Positions 9,394-17,031 of a stretch of 64,000 nt of DNA are shown here, piece by piece. Each line of letters begins with the position of its first letter. Within the stretch, counting starts at the first letter, position 1. The notes under the pieces are model-generated. The model was not told where the DNA came from. It was given only the letters and a program-made list of their open reading frames with translations, and made no database searches. Position numbers and translations under genes: made by a program. Origin of the DNA: a virus (Duplodnaviria; Caudoviricetes); the IMG/VR virus record IMGVR_UViG_3300047564_001818; one strand, given 5' to 3'.

Positions 9394-10373
9394 CCTATAA
9401 TGAAGCCGTAGCCGTTGCCGCCGCTGACTGCTGTTGAAACTTGTAGCTCTAGCTTTTCTAGTTCAGCCTGTGCTTCTGCTTTGAGACTGTCACCATTCAG
9501 CGTTGACCCACCTTGAGGTCCAGCAATAGTAGCAAACTTACTACGTGCTTCACCTAGCATGTACTTACACATGGCCAGCGTGTAATCTTTGATCCATTCA
9601 CGTGCTAGATAGTCGTTGAGGAGATCAAGATCTGGACGATAGTTGTAGGCATACAGCATCATAGTTTCTTCTGCTCTAGGACGCTGTAGCAGTGTTAGTT
9701 TTTTACTACCACTGTTCCATTTAAACTCTATAAAGCTACCAAACATACGTCCTACCAGTTCTTGATACTGCGAGAAGAAATCGTATGTCGCCAAGCCACC
9801 TAGTTGCGATCCGCTGAGTAAGTAAGCGTTAGTATAAGCAAGGCTAAAAGGATCGAACAAGCTTCCGCCACCGCTTTGACCACTAGTAAACAAGCTAACT
9901 CCTACTGTGTCGCCTGCGTTTAAGCCTGTGTTAAACGTGATAGATCTTTGCGCTGTATCTGTAACATAGTTTGTGTTTTCTTGACCGTTTACAGTTACTA
10001 TCACTGTTTGAACGCTGAGTAGATTATAGTTAACGTCAAAGGTTTGTTGACCTGCTGTAGCTGTAAAACTTTTGGTAAAGATAGGACCACCGGTAGAAGA
10101 TGTGCTAGGTCTTGATCCTATACTGCGACGAAAGATCTGTCGCACTTCTATAACTTCTCTAGGCAGCACATATTCGTTTTGATCTGGCACTGTAGTTAGA
10201 AACAGGTAACTTTCTTCAACTGACGCATCTGAACGTTGTCTATACTTGCCTAGTGCTTTACTAAGTGCTGTTTCGTAATGTATTGGGTCTAGTTCAACAT
10301 CGACCATCCCGCCGCCTAATAGAGCGTGTACATAATCAAATACTTCTTGTTTGCTTGTTGCTAAATCTGCCAT
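9390..10373 (-). CDS. gp13: Neck protein gp13-like, with an inserted beta-sandwich domain
   Basis: LGGGMVDVELDP, WIKDYTLAMCKYMLGEARSKF, GPQGGSTLNG motifs; real start MADLATSK at 10373 with GGAG SD. Confidence 0.85.
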   Translation of the reverse strand: MADLATSKQEVFDYVHALLGGGMVDVELDPIHYETALSKALGKYRQRSDASVEESYLFLTTVPDQNEYVLPREVIEVRQIFRRSIGSRPSTSSTGGPIFTKSFTATAGQQTFDVNYNLLSVQTVIVTVNGQENTNYVTDTAQRSITFNTGLNAGDTVGVSLFTSGQSGGGSLFDPFSLAYTNAYLLSGSQLGGLATYDFFSQYQELVGRMFGSFIEFKWNSGSKKLTLLQRPRAEETMMLYAYNYRPDLDLLNDYLAREWIKDYTLAMCKYMLGEARSKFATIAGPQGGSTLNGDSLKAEAQAELEKLELQVSTAVSGGNGYGFIIG

Positions 10374-10390
10374 GCGAGTTCTCCACACAG

Positions 10391-10411
10391 TATTTATCGC
10401 AGCGATAAATA
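10391..10411. promoter_or_regulatory. Palindromic back-to-back late promoters for gp13 and gp14
   Basis: TATTTATCGC-A-GCGATAAATA is a perfect inverted repeat giving GATAAATA on both strands. Confidence 0.8.
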
Positions 10412-10416
10412 TGTAT

Positions 10417-11580
10417 ATGCCAAGATTAAGCTTATATAAACCAGAACGCGGCAATGACTACAACTTTCTAGATCGTCAGATCCAGGAGATGTTTACAGTT
10501 GGCGGTACTGATATTAACATTCACAAATATCTAGGACCTGAAAATCCTGCAGAAGGAACAGGTACTGCTGATCAACCTACTTATGATGCTGTTAAAGAAA
10601 CAAACATACAGGATCTACTGTTTTTAGAAAATAGAGATCGCAAATATGATCCTGATATCTACAATACTAGAGGTATCTATAATGTCCAAGACATTGATTT
10701 TAATCTAAGTCAGTTTGGTTTATTTTTAAGCAACGATACACTGTTTCTTACAGTGCATATTAACAGTATAGTAAAGACACTAGGACGCAAGCCTTTGTCA
10801 GGCGATGTAATAGAGTTGCCGCATCTTAAAGATGAATATGCGTTGAACAACTATGACTTTGCGCTCAAAAGATTTTATGTAATAGAAGATGTAAACCGTG
10901 CTTCTGAAGGCTTTAGTCAAACTTGGTACCCGCATCTATATAGACTTAAATTAAAGCAAATCTATGACGGACAAGAATACGCAGAAATCTTAGACTTGCC
11001 AGCAGGCGAAGATACTGACACTACACTGCGTGATATACTGTCAACCTATGAAAAGGAGATGCAGATCAGTGCTGCTGTGGTAGCACAGGCTGAAGCAGAC
11101 GCTCCTAGGTCAGGATTTGAAGTCAGTCATCTTTATAGTATTGCTGCCAACGAAGACGGCACTATAGATTTAAGAACTGCTGATCAAGACGATCTTGATG
11201 CCAGCGGTATTACAGTTACAGCAGATGAAATAAACAACATGCCTGAACGTTTAGGATATGCAGGATACTTAATAAACTACGGCGACGATGCTGCTCCAAA
11301 CGGTGCACCTTTTGGTTTTGGAATTCAGTTTCCTAGAAACAATCTCGAAGGCGATTTCTTTTTGCGAACAGATTTTATGCCAAACAGAATGTTCCGTTAC
11401 GATGGTCAACGTTGGGTCAAAGTGATAGACAGTTTACGTATGACACTATCTAACACACTAGAGCGTCAGACTCAGAAATCTAGCTTTATTAATAATACCA
11501 ATACTAATCAGATCGGTGGCGAAACTGTTGAAGAAAGACAGAGCTTGAGCAAAGCACTTAGACCAAGGGCAGATAACTAA
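10417..11580 (+). CDS. gp14: Neck protein gp14-like with C-terminal extension
   Basis: MPRLSLYKP start; DLLFLENRDRKYD, FGLFL, GDVIELPHL, WYPHLYRLK motifs. Confidence 0.8.
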   Translation: MPRLSLYKPERGNDYNFLDRQIQEMFTVGGTDINIHKYLGPENPAEGTGTADQPTYDAVKETNIQDLLFLENRDRKYDPDIYNTRGIYNVQDIDFNLSQFGLFLSNDTLFLTVHINSIVKTLGRKPLSGDVIELPHLKDEYALNNYDFALKRFYVIEDVNRASEGFSQTWYPHLYRLKLKQIYDGQEYAEILDLPAGEDTDTTLRDILSTYEKEMQISAAVVAQAEADAPRSGFEVSHLYSIAANEDGTIDLRTADQDDLDASGITVTADEINNMPERLGYAGYLINYGDDAAPNGAPFGFGIQFPRNNLEGDFFLRTDFMPNRMFRYDGQRWVKVIDSLRMTLSNTLERQTQKSSFINNTNTNQIGGETVEERQSLSKALRPRADN

Positions 11581-12992
11581 TGCTTCACTTCTACGATGGA
11601 CAACTTAGACGCTACACCACACAGATGATGCGTATACTCAGCAACTTTCCTGTCAAAGACGGCAGGGGCATCATCAAGCAAGTGCCTGTAATGTATGGTG
11701 ATCTTACTCGTCAAGTAGCTAACATTATACGTGAAAACTCAGAAAACAAGCTGCCTAGTGCGCCTAGAATATCAGTCTATATTACTGGGTTAGAACTAGA
11801 TAAAGAACGACTAACTGATGCTACTTATACTCGTAGAACCAATATTAGAGAACGTGCATACGACGAACAAAACAACGAATATCTTAACTACCAAGGCAAA
11901 AACTACACAGTAGAACGCCTTATACCTACACCTTATTTGATGAGATTGAACGCTGATATATGGGCATCAAACACTGATCAAAAACTTCAGTTGCTAGAAC
12001 AGATACTGGTGCTGTTTAATCCAAGTCTTGAAATGCAAACCACTGACAACTTCATAGACTGGACCAGTATCACAGTGGTTAATCTTGAAAATGTTACATG
12101 GTCAAATCGCAGTGTACCTGTAGGTGTAGACAGTGAAATAGACGTAGCAACTCTTACTTTTAGTATTCCTATCTATATTAGTCCGCCTACTAAAGTTAAG
12201 AAAATGGGTGTTATTACAAACGTTATTACTTCAATGTTTGACGAAACTAGAGGTACTATCGAAACTGGTGTTAGTACTCCCGAGCTTAATCAATACGACG
12301 ATTTTGCAAAATCTGGTGTTGCAGTTAATGAGTTTGGCGTACGAGCACAAACTGAGATTGCTGAACAAATGGCCAATGTTAATTATAATACCTATGGTGT
12401 ATACTTAGAAAACGGATCAGCACAGTTGATTGCAAGAGGTGTAGTTGGCAGCGTTAACTGGCGAGAAATATTCGAAGCACTGCCCGGTTTTTATAGAGCT
12501 GACGTAAGTCGTATCTATCTAACCAGTATAGACAACGGTAACACTGTAACAGGTACTTTCACACTTAATCCATTCGATGAAGGTAAGATCGAAGTAAACT
12601 TTGATACTGACACTTTTCCAACTGACAGTGTTATAGCGGGCAGAACCAGTATAGATTATATCATAGATCCTACTAGATTCAATCCAACCAGTATAAAAAC
12701 AGCAGGTCTAAGACTGTTGTTGTTAGAAGACGTAGGATCCGTAGAAGCAGTAGAAGTAGCTGCGGCATGGCGTAACAACGATAATACAGGTCTTGTTGCT
12801 AGTGCTAACGATATAGTTGAATGGACAGGCACACGCTGGAATATAGTATTTGATGCTAGTGCTACAACTGAGCTGACCTATACCACTAATTTAAACACCA
12901 GCATACAGTATAGATTTAAAGACGGCGAGTGGTTCAAATCAATAGACGGCGACTACTCAGTTGGTACTTGGCGAGTTGAACTAGACGGCTAA
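11580..12992 (+). CDS. gp15: Tail terminator / sheath stabiliser gp15-like with C-terminal extension
   Basis: HFYDGQLRRY, VPVMYGD, PRISVYITGL, PTPYLMRLNADIW, QLLEQILVLFNP motifs; TAATG-coupled to gp14. Confidence 0.85.
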   Translation: MLHFYDGQLRRYTTQMMRILSNFPVKDGRGIIKQVPVMYGDLTRQVANIIRENSENKLPSAPRISVYITGLELDKERLTDATYTRRTNIRERAYDEQNNEYLNYQGKNYTVERLIPTPYLMRLNADIWASNTDQKLQLLEQILVLFNPSLEMQTTDNFIDWTSITVVNLENVTWSNRSVPVGVDSEIDVATLTFSIPIYISPPTKVKKMGVITNVITSMFDETRGTIETGVSTPELNQYDDFAKSGVAVNEFGVRAQTEIAEQMANVNYNTYGVYLENGSAQLIARGVVGSVNWREIFEALPGFYRADVSRIYLTSIDNGNTVTGTFTLNPFDEGKIEVNFDTDTFPTDSVIAGRTSIDYIIDPTRFNPTSIKTAGLRLLLLEDVGSVEAVEVAAAWRNNDNTGLVASANDIVEWTGTRWNIVFDASATTELTYTTNLNTSIQYRFKDGEWFKSIDGDYSVGTWRVELDG

Positions 12993-13000
12993 CTATTTGT

Positions 13001-13441
13001 ATGAATGACAGGATAGTTTGTAGCGGTGCTCTCTTTTATACACTAGACACCAATCGTTTTTTATTTTTACATCGTAGTCAAGGCAAGCGAGCAGATCTTT
13101 GGGGGCTAGTCGGCGGTACTAACGAAGCCTGTGAAACACCCTGGGAAGGCTTGCAAAGAGAAATACGAGAAGAAATAGGTCAGTTGCCTAAGATTAAAAA
13201 AACATTGCCTCTAGAAAGCTTTGTTAGTACAGACGAAAAGTTTCATTTTCACACATATTTGTGTATAGTAGAGCATGAGTTTATTCCTATACTAAACAAC
13301 GAACACAACGGTTATGCTTGGTGTAGTTTTAATAAATGGCCCAAACCTTTACATCATGGACTTAAGAATACACTTCAAAGTCGCGTCAATCTTCGCAAGT
13401 TAGAAACTGTATTTCAAACTATAAATCTTCTTGACTCTTAA
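13001..13441 (+). CDS. NUDIX hydrolase
   Basis: Full Nudix box G-TNEAC-E-TPWEGLQ-REIREEIG; CTAACTA at 12989-12995, 5 nt before ATG. Confidence 0.9.
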   Translation: MNDRIVCSGALFYTLDTNRFLFLHRSQGKRADLWGLVGGTNEACETPWEGLQREIREEIGQLPKIKKTLPLESFVSTDEKFHFHTYLCIVEHEFIPILNNEHNGYAWCSFNKWPKPLHHGLKNTLQSRVNLRKLETVFQTINLLDS

Positions 13442-13459
13442 TAGGTTAGAACATATAAT
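13431..13459 (+). promoter_or_regulatory. Near-consensus sigma70 promoter for the heptose operon
   Basis: TTGACT, 17 nt spacer, TATAAT; ATG 6 nt downstream; no SD. Confidence 0.8.
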
Positions 13460-13465
13460 ACTCTT

Positions 13466-14605
13466 ATGAAAGTCTTAGTTATTGGCGATATTATTATTGA
13501 CAAGTACATCTACGGAACAGCTACGAGGTTAAGTCCAGAAGCGCCTGTGCCTATAGTCAGTCAAACACAAACTTCTCAATCATGGGGAGGTGCTGGTTTA
13601 GTTTATGAAAATCTCAAAAGCTTAGGTGTAGATGTTGCACTGTATGACTACGATCAGCCTAAAAGCATAAAAACTCGTGTCGTTTGTGACGGTCATTATG
13701 TCACACGCATAGATGAAGATTTTTATGCTGACGGTTATGAAATACTTGAAGAACTACAAGAATACCCTTTTGATAGATATGACATTGTTATACTAAGTGA
13801 TTATAATAAAGGTGTGTTAGATTTTAGTGAACAGATTATAGAACTTGCAAACAGTGCAGGATGCCGTATTATCGTTGACCCTAAACGTCAAGCAAGTGCG
13901 TACACTGGTGCTTGGTTAGTTAAACCCAATCGCAAAGAATATGACGAACTGTCGTTTTCTAAATGGCTAGGAAATATTGTCACTACCAGTGCCAGTAAAC
14001 CTGTAATAGCTAAAATAGATGGTAAAGAATACTCTGTATCTGTTGATCCAGTAGAAGTGGCAGATGTTGCTGGCGCAGGAGATTGTTTTCTAGCTGCATT
14101 TGTATATGGATTGACCAAGAGTTATGATTACAAAACCTGTTTAAAAATAGCTGTGAGAGGATCGACTGCTAGTGTAAAACATAATGGCACCTATATTCTA
14201 AAAATAGAAGATATAGAAGATAAGATTGTTTTTACTAACGGTGTGTTTGATATATTACACAAAGGTCATCTAGAACTGTTGAAAAAAGCTAGAAGCTTAG
14301 GTAGTAAGTTAATAGTTGGTATCAACTCAGATGCTAGTGTTAAACGTCTCAAAGGTGAATTAAGACCTGTCAACAATCAAACTGCTCGCATGGAACAGTT
14401 AAAAGCATTACCTTGGGTTGATGCTGTTATAATATTTGACGAAGATACCCCCTACGAAACTATCTATTATCTACAGCCAGATCTTATTGTTAAAGGTGGC
14501 GACTATACTGTAGATCAAGTAGTAGGTAATGATCTAGCAGAAGTATATATTTTTCCTACCATAGAAGGCTATTCAACTACACGAATTATAGAGGCGAGCA
14601 AATGA
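13466..14605 (+). CDS. hldE: Bifunctional heptose-7-phosphate kinase / heptose-1-phosphate nucleotidyltransferase (HldE/RfaE)
   Basis: PfkB domain (RLSPEAPVP, SDYNKG, DVAGAGD) fused to a nucleotidyltransferase (FTNGVFDILHKGH, GINSDASVKRLKG, KGGDY, GYSTT). Confidence 0.92.
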   Translation: MKVLVIGDIIIDKYIYGTATRLSPEAPVPIVSQTQTSQSWGGAGLVYENLKSLGVDVALYDYDQPKSIKTRVVCDGHYVTRIDEDFYADGYEILEELQEYPFDRYDIVILSDYNKGVLDFSEQIIELANSAGCRIIVDPKRQASAYTGAWLVKPNRKEYDELSFSKWLGNIVTTSASKPVIAKIDGKEYSVSVDPVEVADVAGAGDCFLAAFVYGLTKSYDYKTCLKIAVRGSTASVKHNGTYILKIEDIEDKIVFTNGVFDILHKGHLELLKKARSLGSKLIVGINSDASVKRLKGELRPVNNQTARMEQLKALPWVDAVIIFDEDTPYETIYYLQPDLIVKGGDYTVDQVVGNDLAEVYIFPTIEGYSTTRIIEASK

Positions 14606-15198
14606 ATTATGATTTTATCGAAATAGGTACATCTGATTTTAGTTCTTTAATAGAAGAAGCAGATAATACTACCATTGGAATCTCAATAGAACCTATTAAA
14701 TATTATTTAGATCGATTACCTAATCCAATTGGAGTTAAGAAACTGAATTGCGCTGTTTCGTTAGATGGTAAATTAGGTCAAGCTAAACTTTATTATATAC
14801 CAGATAAGAGAATTAAAAAATATAACTTACCGTGGTGGATTCGTGGTTGTAATTCAATAAACAACTATCATCCTAAACATCAAGAATTAAAGATACAGCA
14901 CTTAGTAACTGTAATTGAAGTTAACACTATTCCCCTTGCAGATATTTTACAAGAACACAATGTTGAAGAAATAAAAATTCTTAAAATAGACACCGAAGGA
15001 GCAGACTGTTTTATTCTACAGTCTTTTATTGCTACATTGCAAATAAGACCTAAGCTATTTTGGCCAAAGCAAATTCAATTTGAAAGCAATAGTTTAACAG
15101 AGACATCGGTAATTGACGAGACAGTTACTCTTTATACTAATTTAGGATATAAAGTAGTTAAACCCGATGAAGAAAATACTATATTACTATTAGAGTAA
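14602..15198 (+). CDS. FkbM-family SAM-dependent methyltransferase
   Basis: FIEIGTSD, EPI and LKIDTEGAD motifs; ATGA overlap with hldE. Confidence 0.75.
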   Translation: MNYDFIEIGTSDFSSLIEEADNTTIGISIEPIKYYLDRLPNPIGVKKLNCAVSLDGKLGQAKLYYIPDKRIKKYNLPWWIRGCNSINNYHPKHQELKIQHLVTVIEVNTIPLADILQEHNVEEIKILKIDTEGADCFILQSFIATLQIRPKLFWPKQIQFESNSLTETSVIDETVTLYTNLGYKVVKPDEENTILLLE

Positions 15199-15202
15199 GC
15201 AA

Positions 15203-16021
15203 ATGAGAATACTAATAACAGGACATAAAGGATTTATCGGATCAAATATAGCACAATATCTGTTGTCAAAAGGGCACGATGTAGAAGGCTGGGAATATAC
15301 GCCTGGCGTTGTACCTAATACAGAAGACTATGAATGGTGCGTTCACACCGGTGCTATTAGTTCAACTACTTACACAAACGTTGATCAAATACTAGAACAA
15401 AACTTTGAGTTTAGTGTTCGTCTAGCACAGGTATGCGAAAACTTTGGTACTAATCTGCAATACGCTTCAAGTGCTAGTGTGTATGGTCCTACTGATCATT
15501 TTAAAGAAGATGGGCCGCTATTACCGCAAAGTCCTTATGCTTGGAGCAAATATTTGTTTGATAGATTTATCAATCAATTTCGAGACGAGTTTGAAATAAC
15601 AATACAGGGCTTTCGCTATTTTAATGTGTATGGACCAGGTGAAAGTCACAAAGGTGATCAAGCATCACCGTATACTAAGTTTACCAAACAAGCTACAGAA
15701 AACGGTGTTGTTAAACTGTTTGAAGGTAGTGAAAACTTTGCAAGAGATTTTGTATGCGTAGAAGACTTGTGTGCGCTACATGAAAAAATGTTTGATGTAA
15801 CAGCAAGTGGGATATTCAATGCGGGCACAGGTCGTGCAACCAGCTTTGACACTGTGGGCCGCGCAATAGCCAAAAAGTACGGCGCTGATCTACAGTATAT
15901 ACCCATGCCAGATGCATTAAAATCGCAGTATCAAAAATATACCTGTGCAGATTTAACCAAACTAAATTCAGTTGTAGATCAGTCTTGGACATCAATAGAG
16001 GATTATATAAATGGAAAATAA
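15203..16021 (+). CDS. hldD: ADP-L-glycero-D-manno-heptose 6-epimerase (extended SDR)
   Basis: TGHKGFIG, YASSASVYG, YAWSK, FRYFNVYGPGESHKGDQAS, RDFVCVED; operon context. Confidence 0.85.
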   Translation: MRILITGHKGFIGSNIAQYLLSKGHDVEGWEYTPGVVPNTEDYEWCVHTGAISSTTYTNVDQILEQNFEFSVRLAQVCENFGTNLQYASSASVYGPTDHFKEDGPLLPQSPYAWSKYLFDRFINQFRDEFEITIQGFRYFNVYGPGESHKGDQASPYTKFTKQATENGVVKLFEGSENFARDFVCVEDLCALHEKMFDVTASGIFNAGTGRATSFDTVGRAIAKKYGADLQYIPMPDALKSQYQKYTCADLTKLNSVVDQSWTSIEDYINGK

Positions 16022-16409
16022 CGAGCCTACTAGACTCAGCGGAGTAGTTAAAAAAGGATGGGGTTACGAACTGATTTGGGCTACTACAGACAAATACTGC
16101 GGTAAGATCATGGTTTTCGAACGTGCAGGTGCTAAATTTAGTATGCATTTTCATCGTGAGAAGGACGAGACTTGGTTTGTAAATACTGGAAGATTTTTGG
16201 TAAGATGGATTGATACTAAAACTGCTACTCTACACACTCAAGAACTAAAGGAAGGCGAAACTTGGCATAATCCTCCACTACAACCGCATCAACTAGAATG
16301 TATAGTTGCAGGTTCTAGTATCACAGAAGTTAGTACAGCCGATAGTGTAGAAGACAATTATCGAGTTTTTTCCGGTGACAGTCAAAAAACGGATGTTAGT
16401 AATGGTTGA
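16011..16409 (+). CDS. Cupin sugar isomerase-like protein
   Basis: KGWGYE, SMHFHREKDETW and NPPLQPHQL cupin motifs. Confidence 0.8.
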   Translation: MENNEPTRLSGVVKKGWGYELIWATTDKYCGKIMVFERAGAKFSMHFHREKDETWFVNTGRFLVRWIDTKTATLHTQELKEGETWHNPPLQPHQLECIVAGSSITEVSTADSVEDNYRVFSGDSQKTDVSNG

Positions 16410-17031
16410 CATTTATTGGGGCAATAAAGAAATTGATCTTCAAAGTCCTGATTACGTTGCTCCACGTTGTGTTATAGGATTAGATCGTGACGGTGTTTTA
16501 AATGTTGATCGTGGCACGTACACGTGGCAACGCAAAGATTTTGAACCTATACCTGGTAGTTTAGAAGCAGTTGCTAGGCTTCGTCGCATGGGACACAAAA
16601 TTGTTATAATAACAAATCAAGGCGGTATAGAAAAAGGTTTGTTCACAGAACAAGATGTCGAAGACGTACATCAATATCTGTTAGATTTATTAGGTCAAGC
16701 CGGTTGTCCTAGCATAGATGCAATTTATTATAGTGTTAGTAGTCGCAAAGACGATATGTATGCTAAACCTAACACAGGTATGTTTAAAAGATGTGAGCAA
16801 GAACAAGCACACAAAAAAATTAAATTTTCAAAAGGCTACTACGTGGGCGATAAAATAAGCGATCTTAAAGCAGCCGTTAAGATCAGTGCTAGGCCAGTAT
16901 TAGTTCGCTCCGGGTATGGTAGAGAAACTGAGCAAGAACTTAAAAAGTTTACTTATAGAGATATAAGAAAAAAGGTTATCACGTTTGATGATCTTGGTGC
17001 GTTTGTTGATTGGTTAGAAGCACAGGATTAA
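16402..17031 (+). CDS. gmhB: Heptose-1,7-bisphosphate phosphatase (HAD, GmhB-like)
   Basis: LDRDGVLN, ITNQGG, KPNTGM, VGDKISD motifs; likely start ATG 16402. Confidence 0.85.
   Translation: MVDIYWGNKEIDLQSPDYVAPRCVIGLDRDGVLNVDRGTYTWQRKDFEPIPGSLEAVARLRRMGHKIVIITNQGGIEKGLFTEQDVEDVHQYLLDLLGQAGCPSIDAIYYSVSSRKDDMYAKPNTGMFKRCEQEQAHKKIKFSKGYYVGDKISDLKAAVKISARPVLVRSGYGRETEQELKKFTYRDIRKKVITFDDLGAFVDWLEAQD

Noticed and set aside
10351-10454. Apparent overlap of gp13 and gp14 ORFs
   Set aside because: An artefact of longest-ORF calling; the likely starts are 10373 (SD) and 10417, leaving a 43 nt promoter gap.
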